Part shown: positions 49,973 through 62,083 of the stretch, piece after piece
Position numbering within the stretch: the first letter of the stretch is position 1
Layout: each line of letters opens with the position of its first letter
Assembly: GCF_964213995.1 (NCBI RefSeq)
Contig: NC_135817.1
Coordinates: forward strand, 42,842,001 to 42,906,000
Reading direction: 5' to 3'
Source: Mustelus asterias
Lineage: Eukaryota
DNA length: 64,000 nt
Translations under genes and position numbers: made by a program
The notes under the pieces: model-generated
Database searches by the model: none
What the model saw: only the letters and a program-made list of their open reading frames with translations
Told to the model about the DNA's origin: nothing

Positions 49973-50891
49973 TAACATAACATAATATTCATACATTTAA
50001 GAGATGAAGGAGTATAAAGAGAATATAAAGAGTAAAGGGGTATATGAAAGGAATTGTTGAGGTGAAACAATTGCATTAGACCATATTACTTGTCAAGATA
50101 ACAGTTACCGTCTCAAGCAAAGGTGAATAAAGGTATTGTATCTGCACCAGTTGAGGCTGGTTTTAATAACCAGCAAACACCAGTTCACCTTTAACAGTTA
50201 CTCTGCTCTTTAAAGATTATTTTGACCTCTCGAGTCACTTTCCTTGCCTATATTGACAATCTTTTCTGCCCACTGGCCAATATTAATGTGTTTTGTAAAC
50301 TGGCCTCAACTACGGCATGAGCATAAAGTATAAAATAATTGTGAACAAGACTAAAGAGCTTGAAAATTTTCCATTTAAATATAAGTTTAATGAAATAATT
50401 ATTGGATTAACATCATAGAAAAATGCAAGGAAAGCTAATGGTTAGTCTCTGAATAAAACCAATTCTGCTGATCAGTTTAGGAATGCACTTCTCGGATTTG
50501 TTGACACCCTGTGGCCAGATGCAGCTATTTCTCATTCCAAATCCGAAAAATTAACAAACAAATTTTACAGAGTCTATTGCTGCATAGTAAATAAACTGTC
50601 CAGTCATTAAACAGCATTGCCAAGTGCTCTGAAACAAGGAAAAGTGTTGTTTTTGATTTTGTGTACATGGTGATAATTTGAATTAGTCACTGGACAGCAA
50701 ATTTGTTCACTTATCGATTAAGTTAGAGGAGTTAAGTATTACGAAATAGAATTAATCCAAAATCACTTAAGTACTATGGGATAGAGGCACCCAAACTGTG
50801 CTCTAACTTACAATGGCTAGGTTACAAACATAAACTCCTCTATGAACCAACATGACGAGCAGCATAATGGAATATCTTAATTTCTTTCTTG

Positions 50892-51047
50892 TAAAAGCAA
50901 AATACTGTGGATGCTGGAAATCTGAAATAAAAACAAAATACTCAGCAGATCAGGCAGCATCTGGAGGGAAACAGAGTTCTCAAATTCTGGTTCCCTCCAC
51001 AGATGCTGCCTGACCTGTTCAGTGTATCCAGCATTTTTTGCTTTTAT
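50892..51047. mobile_element. Fold-back element, probably derived from a second Penelope family
   Basis: Inverted arms taaaagcaaaa / ttttgctttta and tcaggcagcatctg / cagatgctgcctga. Confidence 0.65.
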
Positions 51048-51741
51048 CATCATCATTTATTTACTTAACTTTCTATTGAAAAATATTTATTGATGCGTTT
51101 AAGAGTGGCAAACTGGTGCAGTTTAATAATACAACTGAAAATTAATTTATCAGCAAAAGTAAAAATTTTCATAAGGGTGTCCAGTCCTCCACTGGTGAGG
51201 TTTAATCCATGAAAAACGACTTGCTACTAGTTTCATGGGCGTACGTGAAGCAGTTTATTAGTAAATTAAATATCTTTTAATGTTAAAAAAAGGCCTTTAA
51301 ATGTGCCTACCAGTACTTAAGAAAATGAAGTTGAATTAGAGCTTTTCCAAATGAGTTCAATTAGTGCAGCCTTGCAGTTTTGACCTGAAAAGTGGCCAGT
51401 TTTGTAAGCAGCACCTGATCTGGGTAAACTGAACCTTACATTGATGTTTCTTAGTTTCTTTCCTTCAGTATCAATCTGGTACTTTGCTCAAGTGATACAC
51501 ATGAAGGCTAGCGGTAAGCATTTGTCAGCTATTTAATCATGGGGACAGAACAGAGCCATCTCCAAACACATGAAGGTGTCACTGGAAGGTAACAGTTTAG
51601 ATCTATTCTTGCCTTTCCTGTTTCATATTTTACTGCTTCTTATCCCACTCCACTGTGACCCACTGTAGCAGCTGCATCAAAAACCCTACTGTGAAAAGGG
51701 AACTCAGCACAAGGGAAACATTTTTAACTCCGCTACAGGAT

Positions 51742-52850
51742 GGACCAGAATTTTAAATCAAGCTCTGCCATCTCCCAGCAGGATTAACCTGACTTTGTTT
51801 GCAGTGGCAGATTTTGACGAACCAGGCAGGAGTCTATTAATTGGCCCGCTGTTCTATACATAGGCCGAGGGGGTAGGATGAAATTGAAGGGATGGGATTT
51901 GCTCTGGGTTCACACCTGCCCTGACCATACAGTAATTGTACACTGGGCAGACAAGGTCTTAGATGGGAAGCCCTTCTTTTCGCCAATTGAGATTCTTAAT
52001 CAATTATTGGCCATTTAAGGGCCATTCCCCTCAGGCAAGAAACTGGGCTGGGTAGGAGGGGGGTGGTGGTGTGGCTCGATCAGAAGCCCTCTTCTGAAGC
52101 GGGCACTCTCTGCTCAAGGCCCATTGGCCTTTGTACCTCCCTCCATCCATCAGCCTCTCCCATGAAATTCCAATCATCCCTTTTGCACAACCTCCACCAG
52201 GTCTTTCCTACCTTCCTCACCGTGGGACCCCTTGAACTTACCTGGGCCTCCAGTGCCTGGATTTGGCTCCGACACTGCTGTACTGTCACTGCAGGGATTG
52301 GAGAGCTGTTGGCCAATCTGACTGGCCTACATCTCTCAAAGGTGGGACCTCCTCCAGGATAAGGGGTGGAATTCCCACCTGCAAACATCTAACTCTCTTT
52401 CAAGTATGAAAGATTACTGAGAGACTCTGCCATCTGAAAAATTCAGGCCATTGGTTCATGATAGCTTTTTGATGATGTTCTGTCTGGAAAATGAAATCGA
52501 GGCCCAAAAAAGTAAATATTATATTTACCTTTGGAAGACCAGGAGGCTCAAGAACGCTCATCCTGACCTCACAAGACCAGTGGGTTGGTGAATTGGAATC
52601 TCTGGGATCAGGGAACATACACCCACCACCATCACCACCCCTGCCCCACTGGTGTCGGGGATCAGACCCACCACTACTCAGCCATGTATTATATTGACAG
52701 TTGCAGGCTCCTCCTCTGCTCTATAACCCTGCCTTGCCTGACTGGAAGTCAAGTCTGTCAATCAGGCTGATTCTTGGCAGGAGCCTGTTGAGGAGAGAAG
52801 TCCCATGTTGTTGAGTTAACACTCCACCTGTCCTTGCTAAAATCTGGGCC
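51742..52850. mobile_element. Harbinger-derived non-autonomous element, possibly composite
   Basis: TIRs ggaccagaatttta / taaaatctgggcc. Internal ttaagggcc motifs are shared with the MITEs at 7170-8586. Confidence 0.6.
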
Positions 52851-53044
52851 TCAGCTCATCCAATTTTTACATCTCGCAACTGGCCCAGCCAAGTGGAATG
52901 CTGACCTATTGCAATATTAAAACAGCCTGGATTTTCCACAATACTCTGGGTTAACACTCTGACAGCTTCCTGCCTGAGAATTAATATAACTCTCAAATAT
53001 CAAACCTGGAAATGTCCTGTCTGTTTGGCTGATCAAGAATCCAA

Positions 53045-54040
53045 ATAAGAAAGAAAGATTTGCATTTATGTTGTAGTATCTTTTACAACTTCAGGATGTC
53101 CTAAACTCTTTACAACCAATCAAGTACTTTTAATGTGTAATCACTATTGTAATGTAGAAAGAATGACAGCCACTTTATACTCAACAAATAAAGCCACACA
53201 ATCATGTTGGTTTTTATTGATGTAGATTGATGGATGAATATTGGCCAGGACACAGGAAAAGTTTCCCTACTCTTCTTCAAATAGTGTCATGAGGTGGTTT
53301 TAGTGCTGCTGATGTGGGTGCAACTCACCAGTTGGAGAACTGCTAGGAGCCCTGGACAGCCTTTGCATGGGATGCCCGATGCTATTGCGAGCTAATTAGG
53401 AACTAATCTGGAGGGCATTGGACCTGTATAAGATTGAAATGCTGCCCCAAAGAGCTGCTGAACAATCAGAGGCCAACAGCTCTGTAATACAGGCAGCAGC
53501 ACTAGGAGCGATGGCCACTGCAGGTTATTGCACAAAGCCTTCCCAGAGGATCGTCAATGTATCCTCCAAAGACAGGTGAATGGAGTTTCCAGGACAGGGG
53601 CACTGACTAGGGGATGGAAGGGGTTTGACATTAAAATCAGGTGTTTGCTTCTTCTGATTCCGGCCCCTTCTCGATGCTGGGTCCTTGATTGGTTTTAACA
53701 GAGGATATTTCCTAGAAGGCCGCAGGCAAGCCCACTGGGTTTGCGTGGCAGCCTCCCTCGATGGCCTACCCTACCTGCCAGTGGTTGAATACCAGTGGTA
53801 GTGGGATGAAGTCCTTAAATGGCCCGAACGTGGCCACTTATGGATCTCAGTTGGCCTCCAGACCCCTCAACACCCACCCATCACACATGATCCCCTCACA
53901 CTGACTTTCCTCAAATCCCTCTTGAGTTTAAATTCCACTCATGGGGCCTTTTATGTTCACCCGAGCAGGCAAACATGGCCTCTGTTGAACATACACCCAA
54001 GGAATATCCCTTCTAACAGTGCAGCATTTCCCCAGTACTG
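53045..54040 (-). mobile_element. DeuSINE split by a MITE-like insertion (~53300-53945)
   Basis: Tail aagaaagaaagatttgcatttat. The Deu domain resumes at cttttatgttcacccgagcagg. Confidence 0.7.
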
Positions 54041-55574
54041 TTCTGGTTCTTAACCAATGAGACATTAAAAGATATAAAGCCTGCACACAACAATAAATAA
54101 ATACACACTAGCACATTATGATTTGTGACTATTATAGCCAACCTCAAAGAGAAATGAATGCAATTAGGAAATGATTTTGTAAACACCCAATTTAGTGTTT
54201 TCATGTCACGTAGCAATCTAAAAATAGAGATGAAATTAACTTTGACTCGGATTATTCTGTTTATAGTATTGAAATTATTAAAATACATTACTCCCACAAG
54301 ATGCATCCCTTCTAAAAATGGAAACTATAGAATTTCCTAACAATCAAGTACAAATAATTTCTCAATAATCTTGTAGTAAAATTGTCGCAATCATTAATCT
54401 TCATATGTGAACTCTGTCACGCATCAATGATATGAACCATGCAGACAATCAGCTAATGATTGTTGTTCAAAACTGAATAAAACAGATGTTAATTTGAAGT
54501 GTGCTTTATCGAAAATGACAGATACAACATAACGGGGAGAGTTTCAACTCACTGGCACCCGTTTCTCAACAGTTGTAAATCAGGGTTGTGGGAGAGGAGG
54601 GACACCTTGGCTTCTCCACTGGCCCCCCAGCTCCATCTGATGTGACGTTCAAACAGACCTGTAAATGGGCAAGAAACCCATCCAGCTGTGGCTGCTTAGA
54701 TACGCAAATAGGTGTCCAAGGTCAGTTGTCGGTGTGTGCCATTGTCACTCTATTCACTCCAACATTGTTTTGTAGCAGTTTTGTTAACTATTATATAATC
54801 TGGGGTGCAGAAAACAATAATAAACTGTTCAAATTTCCCTCATCCACTAGATAAGTTAACCTGAACCCATGAGAGATGGTGCAGGAGGGAGGACTTTAGA
54901 TGCATATGATATTGGGACTGGTTCTGGGGGAAGTAGGACGTATATGGCTTGATGGGTTGTACCTAAGCGAGCCAGGACTAATGTCTGTACAGGAAGATTG
55001 ATTAGGGAGGGTTTAAACTAACTTTACAGTGGGATGGGAACAAGAATGTAGTAATAGGAAGGATAACAACGTACAAAAGGATTTTGCAAAGCAGAAAGCA
55101 CTAGACAGGAAATAGTAATATTTTAAAGATGGGGACAACTCAGATGTAGTGCAATAAGGTCTAAATTAGGTTTACAGTGCATGTTCATGAAGGCATGAAG
55201 CATGGTAATGAGGTCGGTGAGGCTGCTGGGAATTTGATGTTGCGGTGCTAATGGAGACCTGGCTGAAAAAAGGGCAGGACTGAGTACTAAATGTTGTCGG
55301 ATAGAAGGAAGAAAAATATATTGGTGGTTTGAGGTGGTTTGGGGGAAATCGGATGGGATATTGCAGTGCTAGGGGGGAGGATGTCCTGGAAGAGTCAAAG
55401 ATGGAAAATATTTGAGTTAGATGCCATTATACTATAATTCTATAGCCGACCAACTGGCAGGACGGATATAGAGGAATACATTTGCAGGGAAATTACAATG
55501 AGGTGCAAAAACTAGAGAGTAGTGATAATGGAGTTTTCAGTCATCTTAATATAGAGTAGTAAGAATACAAAGAG

Positions 55575-55890
55575 AGGATGTCCTGTGGTTAGTGACCTGC
55601 CTTTGAGCCAGGAGCGTCCTGTCTCAAACTCCCACCCAGGACTTGTTGGCCGAGGAATGCGTGTTCATAACGTGGTCAATCAGATTGAGTGTGTCAACCT
55701 GCAAATCCTTCCAAACACACCAAGGGCTGGCAGTAAGAGTGAGAGGGACTCCTGGTCAGCCACACTTGACGTGGAGTGGCATCCCTAAAACTACTGGCCT
55801 CTGCAACAGACTAGCGACCTGTTTCAGGAATAACCAGCTATGGAAGCAGACAAAAGTCTGCCTTACTGCACCATTGGAACTGGAACGGAA
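55575..55890 (+). mobile_element. tRNA-derived SINE, family not identified
   Basis: Head tgtggttagtgacctgcctttgagccaggagcgtcctgtctcaaactcc with A/B-box-like motifs. (GGAACT)n tail. Confidence 0.55.
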
Positions 55891-56502
55891 TAAAGTAAAG
55901 GGCAGAGAGGAGGAAGAGTTTCTGAAGTGTGTTCATGATAATTTTCTTGATCACTATCTTTCCAGTTCAAAGGGAAGGAGGTACTGTTGGGTCTGATTCT
56001 GGGAAATGAGATGGATCAAGTAAAGTTGGAGAGCTGTTCAGTAACAATGATCAAAATTCAAAAGTTTAGATTAGCCATGGAAAAGGACAAGAAACAATTA
56101 ATGTGAAAATACTAAATCAGAGGAGGACCAATATCAATGAAGTGAAAATAGATTTGTCCTTAGTAAATTAGAAGCAAAGACCAGCAAGCAAAATTGTAAT
56201 GGAACAATGAGCTGCCTTTAAAGAGGAGAAGGTTCAGGTACAGTTGAGGTACATGCCCACAAATGGGAATATTGTGAAATGTGATCGACATCAAGAGAAT
56301 GTAGAGAATTTAATGCAGAGAAGTATGAAAAGATCCATTTTGGTAGGGATATTGAGGAGAGGTAATATAAAATAAAGGGTTCAATTTTAAAGTGGTGCGG
56401 GAACAAAGATCTGAGGGTATGCGTGCATTTTCATTGAGGTTTGTAAGGCAGGTTGAGAAAGTGGTTAAAAAGACATACCTGATCCTGAGCTTTATAAATT
56501 GA

Positions 56503-56640
56503 GTAAGGAGTCTAACAACACCAGGTTAAAGTCCAACAGGTTTATTTGGCTACCAAATAAACCTGTTGGACTTTAACCTCGTGTTGTTAGACTCCTTACT
56601 GTGTTTACCCCAGTCCAATGCCGGCATCTCCACATCATGA
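56503..56640. mobile_element. Penelope-derived fold-back mini-element without a hammerhead core
   Basis: 48-bp arms (56502-49 / 56553-600, 1 mismatch) with a 3-nt loop. 13-bp TSD CTTTATAAATTGA (56490-502, 56641-53). Confidence 0.9.
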
Positions 56641-56727
56641 CTTTATAAATTGATGCAGAGAGTATGAAAACAAGGAGGTTATGATGAAACTGCCTAAAAC
56701 TCCGGTTCAGCCTCAACTAGAGTAATT

Positions 56728-56934
56728 GGCTGGAATTCTCCGGCCATTCACGCCGGCGGGATTCTCCAGTCCCACCGGCAGCACACCCCTTCCTGCGGGT
56801 TTCCCGCTGGCATGGGGTGATGTCAATGGGAATTCCCACTGACAGCGCTAGGACCAGAGAATTCCATTTCCAGCAAACAATGCGCCACCTCCCGCTGGCG
56901 GGAAAAGCAGCTGGGAGGCCGGAGAATCTTGCAC
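56728..56934. mobile_element. Harbinger-type MITE, 207 bp
   Basis: TIRs ggctggaattctccggcc / ggccggagaatcttgcac. TSD ATT. Interrupts the CR1 LEY|CVQF motif. Confidence 0.85.
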
Positions 56935-57330
56935 ATTGTGTCCAATTCTGGGCATCATGTTTTAGAAAGGATGCGACGACTTTAGAGAGAGTGGAGAAAA
57001 GATTCCAGAGATGAGGGATTTCAGTTACCTGGATAGATTGGAGAATCTGGGGTTGTTCTCCTTGATGAAGAGCATGTTCAGAGGAAATATGATAGAGGTG
57101 TTCAAAATAATGAGGGCTCGAGATCAAGTAGGTAGAGGAAAACTGTTCACTTTGGTGGAAGGGTTGAGACCCAGAGGACATTGATTTAAGGTGTTTGGCA
57201 AAAGAAACAACAGCAACATGATGAAAATCTTTTTTAAGCAGTGAATGGTTCAAATCTGGAATGTACTACCTGAAAGTGTGGTGGAGGAAGGTACAGTCAG
57301 GGCTTTCAAAAGGGGAATGGATAAGCACCT

Positions 57331-57668
57331 ATCGAATATCAACAGTGCAGAAAAAGGCTATTCGGCCCAACAAGTCTGCACCAAATCTTTGAAAGAGCAT
57401 CCCAGCCAGGCCCTATCCCCATAACCCTGCACATTTACCATGGCTAATCCACCCAACCTACACACCCCTGGGCACTCAGGGGCAATTTAGTATGGCCATT
57501 CCACCTAACCTGCACATCTTTGGAGGAAACCGGAGCACCCAGAGGAAATCCTTGCAGACACTGGGAGAATGTGCAAACTCCACGCAGAGAGTCACCCAGG
57601 GCCGGAATCAAACCCAGCTCCTGGCACTATGAGGCAGCATTGCTAACCACTCTGTCACTGTGCTGCCC
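57331..57668 (-). mobile_element. HE1 SINE
   Basis: Homologous to 20016-20339. Confidence 0.9.
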
Positions 57669-58059
57669 TCATCCAAAGAGAAAATTTGTAGGCCTATGGA
57701 GAAAAGGCAAGAGAGTGAGATTAGGTAAATTGCTCTTGCAGAGGTGGGCCAAATGACCTCCTTTTCTGCTAAACTACTCTTTAATATCTGATTTGTATCC
57801 CTGAACCTGCAACCTTCTGATTAGATCTGTAAAACAAAGATATAATATAGTCTCAATTTTGTAAGTTACACTTTATTTTCAGAGCTTTCAATTGGGAATG
57901 ATTTCGTATCTGAGATTTCACAAATTATTTACAACATAGCTAAGAGCTTTTGTTTTGATGTATAGAGAAAAACAATTCCCTTTGCCGAGTAGATCACTAA
58001 CCATAGATTTAAAATCAGGTAATTCGTCATTGTTCATGAAGGATCATAGGTATCACTCT

Positions 58060-58228
58060 CTGTTGGACAGAGACAAGTGGTTATATGGTTTGAGGGGCAC
58101 CACTTGGCAATAAGCATGGGCAAGGCAAGGAGGCAGGCCTCGATGAACTGCCACATCTGGTACAGGGATTGAAAACATGCTGTTGGCATCATTCTCCATT
58201 ACACTCTGGCCAACTGAGCTAACTGACT
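58060..58228 (-). mobile_element. tRNA-derived SINE fragment
   Basis: The minus strand begins gtcagttagctcagttggccag..ttcaatccc. Confidence 0.55.
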
Positions 58229-58244
58229 TACATAGATATGAAAT

Positions 58245-58525
58245 CGTTGACTAAAGATTTAGAAGAGAGATGAGGAGGATTATTTTTACTTAGAAGATTG
58301 TCCATAACTGGAACATTACTTGAAAAAGTGAATGTACCTGTTCCATAATTAAGTTTAACAGAGAGTTGCACATGTACATGAGGATGAGGAACTAGCAGGT
58401 TATAAATAAAAAGTGGGTATGTGGGACAAAGCACAGCAGCTCTTTCAAAGAATCAGCACTGGCATGACAGGCTGAATGGCCTTCTTCTATGCTGTAAATT
58501 CCTATGATTATTTATTCTATGATTA
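58245..58525 (+). mobile_element. Old CR1 3' end
   Basis: ggctgaatggccttcttctatgctgtaa..(ttctatga) tail. Confidence 0.7.
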
Positions 58526-59619
58526 TCAATTTATTTCATTTATCCTCGAAATTATACAACAGAAAATATGCAACAATTGAAAAGTTTCATTACATACAAA
58601 ATAGAATTAAGTATCTGAGGGGTTAATGCTCAGCATGAATCTGATCTTTTTTATGGAAATTAAATCCTGTTGAAATATTATTTCTGCATTGTTATAATGC
58701 TAGGATGGTCTCTTGGTGTTTACTGATCTATGACTCAGAGTGCCTGTGTGGGCAGCAGATTGCATATATAAAGCAGAGTTGATTCTGAGATGTAATATTA
58801 TGCCATTCTGAGGTTCTCAGTCTGACTTACACCCCATCTCACAAAATATTCTGCAAGAGCACCTTTAAGAATATAATTCCCTTGTTTAAACATTGCACTT
58901 GCTAAGTTATCCTGCTTATGGCCTAAATAAATGGTTTGTGATTTCAGAATACAGTTGCGTAACATCTGTAAGTCCATAATATTAACTAAACCATTATCAT
59001 GTTTAAAATAAACACGATCATGGTTCCATTAAAACAGTTGATAGAAGAAGGTCATAGGAAAGTATTAGGCAATTGTTTGAAAATATTGTGAATAGTAGCT
59101 GGCGTATGTTTAAACTGCATGTTGGGTTAAACAAAAGCAGTATTATCATATACTTAATAACACGTTGCCCACTTTCTTGCATAAGTATGAAAATCCAGAG
59201 AGTTTCCAAGGGGGTGGCGATGCATTGATTCACATGGTCTCCAACTGTACTGAAAAGCTCTCTCATCAGGCCTTTCCTGAAATGTCCTCCAATTAGCCAC
59301 CAGAAACCTCAACAGATGATTGACTGAAATCCTGGACAGATGGGCAAATTGGGGGCAAACTCTTACCACTTTTGAAAATATTGTTTTGTTGGGGACAAAT
59401 GCAGTTCTGATCTCAATGGCCTGTGATTCCTGCCTGTCTACATGATATTCCTGGAGACAGCCAGTTAAGAGAGATGTCTCTGAAAACCCTGAAAAAAGCC
59501 CGCGAAATATACTAGGAATACCCTTAAATGAATAAATGAATAATTAAATCACTTCTTTGCTTACTCTCAGCACTCCTGCTAAGACTCACTCCCCCAGTCT
59601 CACTCCAGTCAAACAAAGA

Positions 59620-61538
59620 GATTGGAGAGGATTGGAGGATAGCTAATGTGGTCCCGTTATTTAAGTAGGGTAGGAAGGATAACCCGGGTAATTATAGGCC
59701 GGTGAGCTTGACGTCCGTGGTAGGGAAGTTGTTGGAGAGGATTCTTAGAGATAGGATGTATGCGCATTTAGAAAGGAATAAACTCATTAACGATAGTCAG
59801 CATGGTTTTGTGAGAGGGAGGTCATGCCTCACTAACCTGGTGGTGTTTTTTGAAGAAGTGACCAGAATGGTTGACGAAGGAAGGGCCGTGGATGTTGTCT
59901 ATATGGACTTTAGTAAAGCGTTTGACAAAGTCCCTCATGGTAGGCTAGTGAAAAAGGTTGGATCTCATGGGATAAAGGGGGAGGTGGCTAGATGGGTGGA
60001 GAACTGGCTTGGTCATAGAAGACAGAGGGTGGTAGTGGAAGGGTCTTTTTCCGGCTGGAGGCCTGTGACTAGTGGTGTTCCGCAGGGCTCTGTATTGGGA
60101 CCTCTGCTGTTTGTGATTTATATAAATGATCTGGAAGGAGTAACTGGGGTGATCAGTAAGTTTGCGGACGACACAAAACTGGCAGGACTTGCAGATAGTG
60201 AGGAACATTGTCAGAGGCTACAGAAGGATATAGATAGGCTGGAAATTTGGGCAAAGAAATAGCAGATGGAGTTCAATCCTGATAAATGCGAAGTGATGCA
60301 TTTTGGTGGGAATAATGTAGGGAGGAGCTATACGATAAATGGAAGAACCATAAAGGGTGTAGAGACTCAGAGGGACCTGGGTGTGCAAGTCCACAGACCT
60401 TTGAAGGTGACGTCACAGGTGGAGAAGGTGGTGAAGAAGGCATATGGCATGCTTGCCTTTATAGGACGGGGCATAGAGTATAAAAGTTGGGGTCTGATGT
60501 TGCAGATGTATAGAACGTTGGTTCGGCCGCATTTGGAATACTGCGTCCAGTTCTGGTCGCCACACTACCAGAAGGATGTGGAGGCTTTGGAGAGAGTACA
60601 GAGGAGGTTTACCAGGATGTTGCCTGGTATGGAGGGGCTTGGTTATGAGGAGAGATTGGGGAAACTGGGGTTGTTCTCCTTGGAAAGACGGAGGATGAGG
60701 GGAGACTTAATAGAGGTGTATAAAATTATGAAAGGCATAGATAGGGTGAACGGTGGGAAACTTTTCCCCGGGTCGGTGGTGACGTTCACGAGGGGTCATA
60801 GGTTCAAGGTGAAGGGGGGGAGGTTTAACACAGATATCAGAAGGACATATTTTACACAGAGGGTCGTGGGGGCCTGGAATGTGTTGCCGAGCAAGGTGGT
60901 GGAGGCGGACACACTGGGAACGTTTAAGACTTATCTAGACAGCCATATGAACGGAGTGGGAATGGAGGGATACAAAAGAGTAGTCTAGTTTGGACCAGGG
61001 AGCGGCGCGGGCTAATTGTTCTTTGTTTCTCGTTTCAAGGCTTCATTCTATGATCATCTTGCTGGTGCCAGTACAGAGCGAGACTACGGATAGTTGGGAA
61101 CCTGTCTAGGGGGCAGGGAATTCAGATGGTGTTCGTAAAGCAGAAGTGGAAATGAATAGGGTTGGGAAGCATTTTCTGATCAGGGCCAGTGTGATCTCCA
61201 GGACTCGTTTCGATCGCCACAGGGGGTCGGAGAGGAATTTCCCAGATTTTTTTTTTCCCCATATTGGCCCTGGGGTTTTCACTCTGGGTTTTCGCCTCTC
61301 CCTGGAGATCACATGGTCTGGAATGGGGGGGTGGGGGTGAGTTAATAGGTTGTGATGAACAAAGCATCGTAGCTGTGAGGGACAGCTCGGTGGATAGGAT
61401 ATTAGGATGTAGATAGTCTGGAAAATTGGGCGGGGATCCTGGATTCAGGATTCAATCCTGGACCGGGGAGCGGCGCGGGCTTGGAGGGCCGAAGGGCCTG
61501 TTCCTGTGCTGTATTGTTCTTTGTTCTTTGTTCTTTGT
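59620..61538 (+). mobile_element. Young CR1 LINE, 5'-truncated, with an extended/duplicated 3' end
   Basis: Single reading frame to 60988. 23-bp direct repeat at 60991 and 61459. (GTTCTTT)n tail. Confidence 0.95.
59626..60988 (+). pseudogene. CR1 ORF2 reverse transcriptase, no frameshift, two nonsense codons (59666, 60260)
   Basis: [52 protein letters not shown]. Confidence 0.95.
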
Positions 61539-62083
61539 CTTCCGGAGACCCAGTCAATTCAGGACAAGGGAGGACTCCATAGGATGCTGATCTATTTAGA
61601 ATACTCACAGCTTTGGAACTCCACCAGCTCCCAAGAGAAGTGTACATTGCTCAGGTAGCAAGGAAAGTCCAAAGGCATCTCAACATGAGGGCACTCTTAG
61701 TGACATGCTGAGGAATCCCGATTACTTGCCTTCAATGGTGGTGCATTCATGCTTGGGGGTGTCAGGTAACAAAATTAGACTCAGCTTAGTATTTCTACTA
61801 TCCAACACTCCAGCAGCACAGCAAGCTAAATTGATGAATGGAGAATGGTCATTTGGATGCTGTCAGTGCTCGTGGAAGCATCCTTCAATGAGTCAATGCC
61901 TTTGGAAGAGGAATGGAGAAAATATGAGTGTCCCGGAGAAATTTTACTTTTGTATTTCTGGCCAGACGTGAGCTTTGCTCTAGCATAAAAAGTTTATTCT
62001 GCACCATCAGGATAGAAAATCAGTCCACTTTTCCTTTTTCATAGATAACACTTCAAGTTACAGTTTCAGTACAATGTGCTAAT

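Larger units (their letters stand above)
54870..57775 (+). mobile_element. Old CR1 LINE (ORF1 end, endonuclease and 3' end) hosting four younger insertions
   Basis: APE-like motifs (ETWL, YSRPT, GSFSHLNI), C-terminal LEYCVQFW, and a CR1 tail near 57750. Confidence 0.8.
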
